This document shows positions 1-13,430 of a stretch of 64,000 nucleotides of DNA, one piece after another (within the stretch, counting starts at the first letter, position 1; each line of letters begins with the position of its first letter). The position numbers were made by a program, and so were the translations under genes. A model generated the notes under the pieces. That model was not told where the DNA came from. It made no database searches and saw only the letters and a program-made list of their open reading frames with translations. This DNA comes from Eledone cirrhosa (taxonomy: Eukaryota): NCBI GenBank assembly GCA_964016885.1, contig OZ024766.1:13330001-13394000 (forward strand), read 5' to 3'.

Positions 1-3000
1 CAGCTAATACCATGAACTTAAATGAATTCTCACCAACATTGGAGTGACTTCTGACAGCTAATACCATGCACTTAAATGAATTCTCACCAACATTGGGGTT
101 ACTTCTGACAGCTAGTACCATGAACTTAAATGAATTCTCACCAACAGTGGAGTGACTTCTGACAGCTAATACCATGAACTTAAATGAATTCTCACCAACA
201 TTGGAGTTACTTCTGACAGCTAATACCATGACTTAAATGAATTCTCACCAACAGTGGAGTTACTTCTGACAGCTAATACCATGAACTTAAATGAATTCTC
301 ACCAACAGTGGAGTTACTTCTGACAGCTAATACCATGAACTTAAATCAATTCTCACCAACAGTGGAGTTACTTCTGACAGCTAATACCATGAACTTAAAT
401 GAATTCTCACCAACAGTGGAGTTACTTCTGACAGCTAATACCATGAACTTAAATGAATTCTTACCAACAGTGGAGTTACTTCTGACAGCTAATACCATGA
501 ACTTAAATGAATTCTCACCAACAGTGGCGTTCCTTCTGACAGCTAATACAATGAACTTAAATGAATTCTCACCAACAGTGGAGTTACTTCTGACAGCTAG
601 TACCATGACTTAAATGAATTCTCACCAACATTGGAGTGACTTCTGACAGCTAATACCATGAACTTAAATGAATTCTCACCAACAGTGGAGTTACTTCTGA
701 CAGCTAATACCATGAACTTAAATGAATTCTCACCAACATTGGAGTTACTTCTGACAGCTAGTACCATGAACTTAAATGAATTCTCACCAACAGTGGAGTT
801 ACTTCTGACAGCTAATACCATGAATTTAAATGAATTCTCACCAACAGTGGCGTTCCTTCTGACAGCTAATACCATGAACTTAAATGAATTCTCACCAACA
901 GTGGAGTTACTTCTGACAGCTAGTACCATGACTTAAATGAATTCTCACCAACATTGGAGTTCCTTCTGACAGCTAATACCATGAACTTAAATGAATTCTC
1001 ACCAACAGTGGAGTTACTTCTGACAGCTAATACCATGAACTTAAATGAATTCTCACCAACATTGGAGTTCCTTCTGACAGCTAATACCATGAACTTAAAT
1101 GAATTCTCACCAACAGTGGAGTTACTTCTGACAGCTAATACCATGAACTTAAATGAATTCTCACCAACAGTGGAGTTACTTCTGACAGCTAATACCATGA
1201 ACTTAAATGAATTCTCACCAACAGTGGAGTTACTTCTGACAGCTAATACCATGAACTTAAATGAATTCTCACCAACAGTGGAGTTACTTCTGACAGCTAA
1301 TACCATGAACTTAAATGAATTCTCACCAACAGTGGAGTTACTTCTGACAGCTAATACCATGAACTTAAATGAATTCTCACCAACAGTGGCGTTCCTTCTG
1401 ACAGCTAATACCATGAACTTAAATGAATTCTCACCAACAGTGGAGTTACTTCTGACAGCTAATACCATGAACTTAAATGAATTCTTACCAACAGTGGAGT
1501 TACTTCTGACAGCTAATACCATGAACTTAAATGAATTCTCACCAACATTGGAGTGACTTCTGACAGCTAATACCATGAACTTAAATGAATTCTCACCAAC
1601 ATTGGGGTTACTTCTGACAGCTAGTACCATGAACTTAAATGTATTCTCACCAACAGTGGAGTGACTTCTGACAGCTAGTACCATGAACTTAAATGAATTC
1701 TCACCAACAGTGGAGTTACTTCTGACAGCTAATACCATGAACTTAAATGTATTCTCACCAACAGTGGAGTGACTTCTGACAGCTAGTACCATGAACTTAA
1801 ATGAATTCTCACCAACAGTGGAGTTACTTCTGACAGCTAGTACCATGAACTTAAATGAATTCTCACCAACAGTGGAGTTACTTCTGACAGCTAATACCAT
1901 GAACTTAAATGAATTCTCAGCAACAGTGGAGTTCCTTCTGACAGCTAATACCATGAACTTAAATGAATTCTCACCAACATTGGAGTTACTTCTGACAGCT
2001 AGTACCATGAACTTAAATGAATTCTCACCAACAGTGGAGTTACTTCTGACAGCTAATACCATGAACTTAAATGAATTCTCACCAACAGTGGCGTTCCTTC
2101 TGACAGCTAATACAATGAACTTAAATGAATTCTCACCAACAGTGGAGTTACTTCTGACAGCTAATACCATGAACTTAAATGAATTCTCACCAACAGTGGA
2201 GTTACTTCTGACAGCTAATACCATGAACTTAAATGAATTCTCACCAACATTGGAGTGACTTCTGACAGCTAATACCATGCACTTAAATGAATTCTCACCA
2301 ACATTGGGGTTACTTCTGACAGCTAGTACCATGAACTTAAATGAATTCTCACCAACAGTGGAGTGACTTCTGACAGCTAATACCATGAACTTAAATGAAT
2401 TCTCACCAACATTGGAGTTACTTCTGACAGCTAATACCATGACTTAAATGAATTCTCACCAACAGTGGAGTTACTTCTGACAGCTAATACCATGAACTTA
2501 AATGAATTCTCACCAACAGTGGAGTTACTTCTGACAGCTAATACCATTAACTTAAATCAATTCTCACCAACAGTGGAGTTACTTCTGACAGCTAATACCA
2601 TGAACTTAAATGAATTCTCACCAACAGTGGAGTTACTTCTGACAGCTAATACCATGAACTTAAATGAATTCTTACCAACAGTGGAGTTACTTCTGACAGC
2701 TAATACCATGAACTTAAATGAATTCTCACCAACATTGGAGTGACTTCTGACAGCTAATACCATGAACTTAAATGAATTCTCACCAACATTGGGGTTACTT
2801 CTGACAGCTAGTACCATGAACTTAAATGTATTCTCACCAACAGTGGAGTGACTTCTGACAGCTAGTACCATGAACTTAAATGAATTCTCACCAACAGTGG
2901 AGTTACTTCTGACAGCTAATACCATGAACTTAAATGAATTCTCAGCAACAGTGGAGTTCCTTCTGACAGCTAATACCATGAACTTAAATGAATTCTCACC

Positions 3001-6000
3001 AACATTGGAGTTACTTCTGACAGCTAGTACCATGAACTTAAATGGATTCTCACCAACAGTGGAGTTACTTCTGACAGCTAATACCATGAACTTAAATGAA
3101 TTCTCACCAACAGTGGCGTTCCTTCTGACAGCTAATACAATGAACTTAAATGAATTCTCACCAACATTGGAGTGACTTCTGACAGCTAATACCATGCACT
3201 TAAATGAATTCTCACCAACATTGGGGTTACTTCTGACAGCTAGTACCATGAACTTAAATGAATTCTCACCAACAGTGGAGTTACTTCTGACAGCTAATAC
3301 CATGAATTTAAATGAATTCTCACCAACAGTGGCGTTCCTTCTGACAGCTAATACCATGAACTTAAATGAATTCTCACCAACAGTGGAGTTACTTCTGACA
3401 GCTAGTACCATGACTTAAATGAATTCTCACCAACATTGGAGTTCCTTCTGACAGCTAATACCATGAACTTAAATGAATTCTCACCAACAGTGGAGTTACT
3501 TCTGACAGCTAATACCATGAACTTAAATGAATTCTCACCAACATTGGAGTTCCTTCTGACAGCTAATACCATGAACTTAAATGAATTCTCACCAACAGTG
3601 GAGTTACTTCTGACAGCTAATACCATGAACTTAAATGAATTCTCACCAACAGTGGAGTTACTTCTGACAGCTAATACCATGAACTTAAATGAATTCTCAC
3701 CAACAGTGGAGTTACTTCTGACAGCTAATACCATGAACTTAAATGAATTCTCACCAACAGTGGAGTTACTTCTGACAGCTAATACCATGAACTTAAATGA
3801 ATTCTCACCAACAGTGGAGTTACTTCTGACAGCTAATACCATGAACTTAAATGAATTCTCACCAACAGTGGCGTTCCTTCTGACAGCTAATACCATGAAC
3901 TTAAATGAATTCTCACCAACAGTGGAGTTACTTCTGACAGCTAATACCATGAACTTAAATGAATTCTTACCAACAGTGGAGTTACTTCTGACAGCTAATA
4001 CCATGAACTTAAATGAATTCTTACCAACAGTGGAGTTACTTCTGACAGCTAGTACCATGACTTAAATGAATTCTCACCAACATTGGAGTGACTTCTGACA
4101 GCTAATACCATGAACTTAAATGAATTCTCACCAACATTGGAGTTACTTCTGACAGCTAGTACCATGACTTAAATGAATTCTCACCAACAGTGGAGTGACT
4201 TCTGACAGCTAATACCATGAACTTAAATGAATTCTCACCAACATTGGAGTGACTTCTGACAGCTAATACCATGAACTTAAATGAATTCTCACCAACAGTG
4301 GAGTTACTTCTGACAGCTAGTACCATGAACTTAAATGAATTCTCACCAACAGTGGAGTTACTTCTGACAGCTAATACCATGAACTTAAATGAATTCTCAC
4401 CAACAGTGGCGTTCCTTCTGACAGCTGATACCATGAACTTAAATGAATTCTCACCAACAGTGTAGTTACTTCTGACAGCTAATACCATGAACTTAAATGA
4501 ATTCTTACCAACAGTGGAGTTACTTCTGACAGCTAATACCATGAACTTAAATGAATTCTCACCAACATTGAAGTGACTTCTGACAGCTAATACCATGAAC
4601 TTAAATGAATTCTCACCAACATTGGGGTTACTTCTGACAGCTAGTACCATGAACTTAAATGTATTCTCACCAACAGTGGAGTGACTTCTGACAGCTAGTA
4701 CCATGAACTTAAATGAATTCTCACCAACAGTGGAGTTACTTCTGACAGCTAATACCATGAACTTAAATGAATTCTCAGCAACAGTGGAGTTCCTTCTGAC
4801 AGCTAATACCATGAACTTAAATGAATTCTCACCAACATTGGAGTTACTTCTGACAGCTAGTACCATGAACTTAAATGAATTCTCACCAACAGTGGAGTTA
4901 CTTCTGACAGCTAATACCATGAACTTAAATGAATTCTCACCAACAGTGGCGTTCCTTCTGACAGCTAATACAATGAACTTAAATGAATTCTCACCAACAG
5001 TGGAGTTACTTCTGACAGCTAATACCATGAACTTAAATGAATTCTCACCAACAGTGGAGTTACTTCTGACAGCTAATACCATGAACTTAAATGAATTCTC
5101 ACCAACATTGGAGTGACTTCTGACAGCTAATACCATGCACTTAAATGAATTCTCACCAACATTGGGGTTACTTCTGACAGCTAGTACCATGAACTTAAAT
5201 GAATTCTCACCAACAGTGGAGTGACTTCTGACAGCTAATACCATGAACTTAAATGAATTCTCACCAACATTGGAGTTACTTCTGACAGCTAATACCATGA
5301 CTTAAATGAATTCTCACCAACAGTGGAGTTACTTCTGACAGCTAATACCATGAACTTAAATGAATTCTCACCAACAGTGGAGTTACTTCTGACAGCTAAT
5401 ACCATGAACTTAAATGAATTCTCACCAACAGTGGAGTTACTTCTGACAGCTAATACCATGAACTTAAATGAATTCTCACCAACATTGGAGTGACTTCTGA
5501 CAGCTAATACCATGAACTTAAATGAATTCTCACCAACATTGGGGTTACTTCTGACAGCTAGTACCATGAACTTAAATGAATTCTCACCAACAGTGGAGTG
5601 ACTTCTGACAGCTAATACCATGAACTTAAATGAATTCTCACCAACATTGGAGTGACTTCTGACAGCTAATACCATGAACTTAAATGAATTCTCACCAACA
5701 GTGGAGTTACTTCTGACAGCTAGTACCATGAACTTAAATGAATTCTCACCAACAGTGGAGTTACTTCTGACAGCTAATACCATGAACTTAAATGAATTCT
5801 CACCAACAGTGGCGTTCCTTCTGACAGCTAATACCATGAACTTAAATGAATTCTCACCAACAGTGGAGTTACTTCTGACAGCTAATACCATGAACTTAAA
5901 TGAATTCTTACCAACAGTGGAGTTACTTCTGACAGCTAATACCATGAACTTAAATGAATTCTCACCAACATTGGAGTGACTTCTGACAGCTAATACCATG

Positions 6001-7930
6001 AACTTAAATGAATTCTCACCAACATTGGGGTTACTTCTGACAGCTAGTACCATGAACTTAAATGTATTCTCACCAACAGTGGAGTGACTTCTGACAGCTA
6101 GTACCATGAACTTAAATGAATTCTCACCAACAGTGGAGTTACTTCTGACAGCTAATACCATGAACTTAAATGAATTCTCAGCAACAGTGGAGTTCCTTCT
6201 GACAGCTAATACCATGAACTTAAATGAATTCTCACCAACATTGGAGTTACTTCTGACAGCTAGTACCATGAACTTAAATGAATTCTCACCAACAGTGGAG
6301 TTACTTCTGACAGCTAATACCATGAACTTAAATGAATTCTCACCAACAGTGGCGTTCCTTCTGACAGCTAATACAATGAACTTAAATGAATTCTCACCAA
6401 CAGTGGAGTTACTTCTGACAGCTAGTACCATGACTTAAATGAATTCTCACCAACATTGGAGTGACTTCTGACAGCTAATACCATGAACTTAAATGAATTC
6501 TCACCAACAGTGGAGTTACTTCTGACAGCTAATACCATGAACTTAAATGAATTCTCACCAACATTGGAGTTACTTCTGACAGCTAGTACCATGAACTTAA
6601 ATGAATTCTCACCAACAGTGGAGTTACTTCTGACAGCTAATACCATGAATTTAAATGAATTCTCACCAACAGTGGCGTTCCTTCTGACAGCTAATACCAT
6701 GAACTTAAATGAATTCTCACCAACAGTGGAGTTACTTCTGACAGCTAGTACCATGACTTAAATGAATTCTCACCAACATTGGAGTTCCTTCTGACAGCTA
6801 ATACCATGAACTTAAATGAATTCTCACCAACAGTGGAGTTACTTCTGACAGCTAATACCATGAACTTAAATGAATTCTCACCAACATTGGAGTTCCTTCT
6901 GACAGCTAATACCATGAACTTAAATGAATTCTCACCAACAGTGGAGTTACTTCTGACAGCTAATACCATGAACTTAAATGAATTCTCACCAACAGTGGAG
7001 TTACTTCTGACAGCTAATACCATGAACTTAAATGAATTCTCACCAACAGTGGAGTTACTTCTGACAGCTAATACCATGAACTTAAATGAATTCTCACCAA
7101 CAGTGGAGTTACTTCTGACAGCTAATACCATGAACTTAAATGAATTCTCACCAACAGTGGAGTTACTTCTGACAGCTAATACCATGAACTTAAATGAATT
7201 CTCACCAACAGTGGCGTTCCTTCTGACAGCTAATACCATGAACTTAAATGAATTCTCACCAACAGTGGAGTTACTTCTGACAGCTAATACCATGAACTTA
7301 AATGAATTCTTACCAACAGTGGAGTTACTTCTGACAGCTAATACCATGAACTTAAATGAATTCTCACCAACATTGGAGTGACTTCTGACAGCTAATACCA
7401 TGAACTTAAATGAATTCTCACCAACATTGGGGTTACTTCTGACAGCTAGTACCATGAACTTAAATGTATTCTCACCAACAGTGGAGTGACTTCTGACAGC
7501 TAGTACCATGAACTTAAATGAATTCTCACCAACAGTGGAGTTACTTCTGACAGCTAATACCATGAACTTAAATGAATTCTCAGCAACAGTGGAGTTCCTT
7601 CTGACAGCTAATACAATGAACTTAAATGAATTCTCACCAACAGTGGAGTTACTTCTGACAGCTAGTACCATGACTTAAATGAATTCTCACCAACATTGGA
7701 GTGACTTCTGACAGCTAATACCATGAACTTAAATGAATTCTCACCAACATTGGAGTTACTTCTGACAGCTAGTACCATGAACTTAAATGAATTCTCACCA
7801 ACAGTGGAGTTACTTCTGACAGCTAATACCATGAATTTAAATGAATTCTCACCAACAGTGGCGTTCCTTCTGACAGCTAATACCATGAACTTAAATGAAT
7901 TCTCACCAACAGTGGAGTTACTTCTGACAG

Positions 7931-9504
7931 CTAGTACCATGACTTAAATGAATTCTCACCAACATTGGAGTTCCTTCTGACAGCTAATACCATGAACTTA
8001 AATGAATTCTCACCAACAGTGGAGTTACTTCTGACAGCTAATACCATGAACTTAAATGAATTCTCACCAACAGTGGAGTTACTTCTGACAGCTAATACCA
8101 TGAACTTAAATGAATTCTCACCAACAGTGGAGTTACTTCTGACAGCTAATACCATGAACTTAAATGAATTCTCACCAACATTGGAGTGACTTCTGACAGC
8201 TAATACCATGAACTTAAATGAATTCTCACCAACATTGGGGTTACTTCTGACAGCTAGTACCATGAACTTAAATGAATTCTCACCAACAGTGGAGTGACTT
8301 CTGACAGCTAATACCATGAACTTAAATGAATTCTCACCAACATTGGAGTTACTTCTGACAGCTAATACCATGACTTAAATGAATTCTCACCAACAGTGGA
8401 GTTACTTCTGACAGCTAATACCATGAACTTAAATGAATTCTCACCAACAGTGGAGTTACTTCTGACAGCTAATACCATGAACTTAAATGAATTCTCACCA
8501 ACAGTGGAGTTACTTCTGACAGCTAATACCATGAACTTAAATGAATTCTCACCAACATTGGAGTGACTTCTGACAGCTAATACCATGAACTTAAATGAAT
8601 TCCCACCAACATTGGGGTTACTTCTGACAGCTAGTACCATGAACTTAAATGAATTCTCACCAACAGTGGAGTGACTTCTGACAGCTAATACCATGAACTT
8701 AAATGAATTCTCACCAACATTGGAGTGACTTCTGACAGCTAATACCATGAACTTAAATGAATTCTCACCAACAGTGGAGTTACTTCTGACAGCTAGTACC
8801 ATGAACTTAAATGAATTCTCACCAACAGTGGAGTTACTTCTGACAGCTAATACCATGAACTTAAATGAATTCTCACCAACAGTGGCGTTCCTTCTGACAG
8901 CTAATACCATGAACTTAAATGAATTCTCACCAACAGTGGAGTTACTTCTGACAGCTAATACCATGAACTTAAATGAATTCTTACCAACAGTGGAGTTACT
9001 TCTGACAGCTAATACCATGAACTTAAATGAATTCTCACCAACATTGGAGTGACTTCTGACAGCTAATACCATGAACTTAAATGAATTCTCACCAACATTG
9101 GGGTTACTTCTGACAGCTAGTACCATGAACTTAAATGTATTCTCACCAACAGTGGAGTGACTTCTGACAGCTAGTACCATGAACTTAAATGAATTCTCAC
9201 CAACAGTGGAGTTACTTCTGACAGCTAATACCATGAACTTAAATGAATTCTCAGCAACAGTGGAGTTCCTTCTGACAGCTAATACCATGAACTTAAATGA
9301 ATTCTCACCAACATTGGAGTTACTTCTGACAGCTAGTACCATGAACTTAAATGAATTCTCACCAACAGTGGAGTTACTTCTGACAGCTAATACCATGAAC
9401 TTAAATGAATTCTCACCAACAGTGGCGTTCCTTCTGACAGCTAATACAATGAACTTAAATGAATTCTCACCAACAGTGGAGTTACTTCTGACAGCTAGTA
9501 CCAT
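7931..9504. repeat. Representative higher-order cassette: 8-monomer (431 bp) block followed by a 21-monomer (1133 bp) block, each bounded by 53-bp deletion monomers
   Basis: The same 146-aa minus-strand pseudo-ORF (a proxy for variant order) appears at 7931, 14452, 15854, 19414, 21032, 24267, 31929 and 33331. Near-identical 380-aa blocks appear at 5289, 8362, 27125 and 33762. Confidence 0.85.
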
Positions 9505-11979
9505 GACTTAAATGAATTCTCACCAACATTGGAGTGACTTCTGACAGCTAATACCATGAACTTAAATGAATTCTCACCAACAGTGGAGTTACTTCTGACA
9601 GCTAATACCATGAACTTAAATGAATTCTCACCAACAGTGGAGTTACTTCTGACAGCTAATACCATGAACTTAAATGAATTCTCACCAACAGTGGAGTTAC
9701 TTCTGACAGCTAATACCATGAACTTAAATGAATTCTCACCAACAGTGGAGTTACTTCTGACAGTTAATACCATGAACTTAAATGAATTCTCACCAACATT
9801 GGAGTGACTTCTGACAGCTAATACCATGAACTTAAATGAATTCTCACCAACATTGGGGTTACTTCTGACAGCTAGTACCATGAACTTAAATGAATTCTCA
9901 CCAACAGTGGAGTGACTTCTGACAGCTAATACCATGAACTTAAATGAATTCTCACCAACAATGGAGTGACTTCTGACAGCTAATACCATGAACTTAAATG
10001 AATTCTCACCAACAGTGGAGTTACTTCTGACAGCTAGTACCATGAACTTAAATGAATTCTCACCAACAGTGGAGTTACTTCTGACAGCTAATACCATGAA
10101 CTTAAATGAATTCTCAGCAACAGTGGAGTTCCTTCTGACAGCTAATACCATGAACTTAAATGAATTCTCACCAACATTGGAGTTACTTCTGACAGCTAGT
10201 ACCATGAACTTAAATGAATTCTCACCAACAGTGGAGTTACTTCTGACAGCTAATACCATGAACTTAAATGAATTCTCACCAACATTGGGGTTACTTCTGA
10301 CAGCTAGTACCATGAACTTAAATGAATTCTCACCAACAGTGGAGTTACTTCTGACAGCTAATACGGTGAACTTAAATGAATTCTCACCAACAGTGGAGTT
10401 ACTTCTGACAGCTAATACCATGAACTTAAATGAATTCTTACCAACAGTGGAGTTACTTCTGACAGCTAATACCATGAACTTAAATGAATTCTCACCAACA
10501 TTGGAGTGACTTCTGACAGCTAATACCATGAACTTAAATGAATTCTCACCAACATTGGGGTTACTTCTGACAGCTAGTACCATGAACTTAAATGAATTCT
10601 CACCAACAGTGGAGTGACTTCTGACAGCTAATACCATGAACTTAAATGAATTCTCACCAACATTGGAGTTACTTCTGACAGCTAATACCATGACTTAAAT
10701 GAATTCTCACCAACAGTGGAGTTACTTCTGACAGCTAATACCATGAACTTAAATGAATTCTCACCAACAGTGGAGTTACTTCTGACAGCTAATACCATGA
10801 ACTTAAATGAATTCTCACCAACATTGGAGTTACTTCTGACAGCCAGTACCATGACTTAAATGAATTCTCACCAACAGTGGAGTTACTTCTGACAGCTAAT
10901 ACCATGAACTTAAATGAATTCTCACCAACAGTGGAGTTACTTCTGACAGCTAGTACCATGAACTTAAATGAATTCTCACCAACATTGGAGTTACTTCTGA
11001 CAACTAATACCATGACTTAAATGAATTCTCACCAACAGTGGAGTTACTTCTGACAAACTAATACCATGTACTTAAATGAATTCTCACCAACAGTGGAGTT
11101 ACTTCTGACAGCTAATACCATGAACTTAAATGAATTCTCACCATCGGTGGAGTTACTTCTGACAGCTAATACCATGAACTTAAATGAATTCTCACCAACA
11201 TTAGAGTTACTTCTGACAGCTAGTACCATGAACTTAAATGAATTCTCACCAACAGTGGAGTTACTTCTGACAGCTAATACCATGAACTTAAATGAATTCT
11301 CACCAACAGTGGAGTTACTTCTGACAGCTAGTACCATGAACTTAAATGAATTCTCACCAACAGTGGAGTTACTTCTGACAGCTAATACCATGAACTTAAA
11401 TGAATTCTCACCAACAGTGGAGTTACTTCTGACAGCTAATACCATGAACTTAAATGAATTCTCACCAACAGTGGAGTTACTTCTGACAGCTAATACCATG
11501 AACTTAAATGAATTCTCACCAACATTGGAGTTACTTCTGACAGCTAGTACCATGAACTTAAATGAATTCTCACCAACAGTGGAGTGACTTCTGTCAGCTA
11601 ATACCATGAACTTAAATGAATTCTCACCAACAGTGGAGTTACTTCTGACAGCTAATACCATGAACTTAAATGAATTCTCACCAACAGTGGAGTTACTTCT
11701 GACAGCTAGCACCATGAACTTAAATGAATTCTCACCAACAGTGGAGTTACTTCTGACAGCTAATACCATGAACTTAAATGAATTCTCAGCAACAGTGGAG
11801 TTCCTTCTGACAGCTAATACCATGAACTTAAATGAATTCTCACCAACATTGGAGTTACTTCTGACAGCTAGTAGCATGAACTTAAATGAATTCTCACCAA
11901 CAGTGGAGTTACTTCTGACAGCTAATACCATGAACTTAAATGAATTCTCACCAACAGTGGCGTTACTTCTGACAGCTAA

Positions 11980-13430
11980 TACCATGAACTTAAATGAATT
12001 CTCACCAACAGTGGCGTTCCTTCTGACAGCTAGTAGCATGAACTTAAATGAATTCTCACCAACAGTGGAGTTACTTCTGACAGCTAATACCATGAACTTA
12101 AATGAATTCTCACCAACAGTGGCGTTCCTTCTGACAGCTAATACCATGAACTTAAATGAATTCTCACCAACAGTGGAGTTACTTCTGACAGCTAATACCA
12201 TGAACTTAAATGAATTCTCACCAACATTGGGGTTACTTCTGACAGCTAGTACCATGAACTTAAATGAATTCTCACCAACAGTGGAGTGACTTCTGACAGC
12301 TAATACCATGAACTTAAATGAATTCTCACCAACATTGGAGTTACTTCTGACAGCTAATACCATGACTTAAATGAATTCTCACCAACAGTGGAGTTACTTC
12401 TGACAGCTAATACCATGAACTTAAATGAATTCTCACCAACAGTGGAGTTACTTCTGACAGCTAATACCATGAACTTAAATGAATTCTCACCAACATTGGA
12501 GTTACTTCTGACAGCTAGTACCATGACTTAAATGAATTCTCACCAACATTGGAGTTACTTCTGACAGCTAATACCATGACTTAAATGAATTCTCACCAAC
12601 AGTGGAGTTACTTCTGACAGCTATTACCATGAACTTAAATGAATTCTCACCAACAGTGGAGTTACTTCTGACAGCTAGTAGCATGAACTTAAATGAATTC
12701 TCACCAACAGTGGAGTTACTTCTGACAGCTAATACCATGAACTTAAATGAATTCTCACCAACAGTGGCGTTCCTTCTGACAGCTAGTAGCATGAACTTAA
12801 ATGAATTCTCACCAACAGTGGAGTTACTTCTGACAGCTAATACCATGAACTTAAATGAATTCTCACCAACAGTGGCGTTCCTTCTGACAGCTAATACCAT
12901 GAACTTAAATGAATTCTCACCAACAGTGGAGTTACTTCTGACAGCTAATACCATGAACTTAAATGAATTCTCACCAACATTGGGGTTACTTCTGACAGCT
13001 AGTACCATGAACTTAAATGAATTCTCACCAACAGTGGAGTGACTTCTGACAGCTAATACCATGAACTTAAATGAATTCTCACCAACATTGGAGTTACTTC
13101 TGACAGCTAATACCATGACTTAAATGAATTCTCACCAACAGTGGAGTTACTTCTGACAGCTAATACCATGAACTTAAATGAATTCTCACCAACAGTGGAG
13201 TTACTTCTGACAGCTAATACCATGAACTTAAATGAATTCTCACCAACATTGGAGTTACTTCTGACAGCTAGTACCATGACTTAAATGAATTCTCACCAAC
13301 ATTGGAGTTACTTCTGACAGCTAATACCATGACTTAAATGAATTCTCACCAACAGTGGAGTTACTTCTGACAGCTATTACCATGAACTTAAATGAATTCT
13401 CACCAACAGTGGAGTTACTTCTGACAGCTA
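11980..13430. repeat. Local tandem duplication, period 753 bp (14 monomers)
   Basis: Deletion monomers at about 12363/13116 and 12577/13330, GCTATTACC at about 12620/13373, and GGCGTTCC..AGTAGC at about 12013/12766 are all offset by 753. Confidence 0.8.

Noticed and set aside
14-31. Heat-shock-element-like GAA repeats (GAACTTAAATGAATTCTC)
   Set aside because: The two GAA units are 10 bp apart, but the alternating TTC units are mismatched (TAA, CTC), so this is not a canonical nGAAn inverted array.
1-54. 18-bp or 27-bp ancestral sub-repeat within the monomer
   Set aside because: The best 18-bp thirds I compared match at only 8/18 and 4/18 positions, and no 27-bp halving was evident. This is not distinguishable from chance by eye.
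1-54. Absence of CpG as proof of a methylating host
   Set aside because: At 37% GC only about 2 CpGs are expected in 54 bp, so zero is uninformative.
293-314. Hairpin AATTC-T-CAC-CAACA-GTG-GAGTT, or CCAA-CA-TTGG dyad, as a structured ncRNA or terminator
   Set aside because: The stem is short and needs a bulge and a G-U pair. The most common variants fall inside it without compensatory changes, and there is no U-tract.
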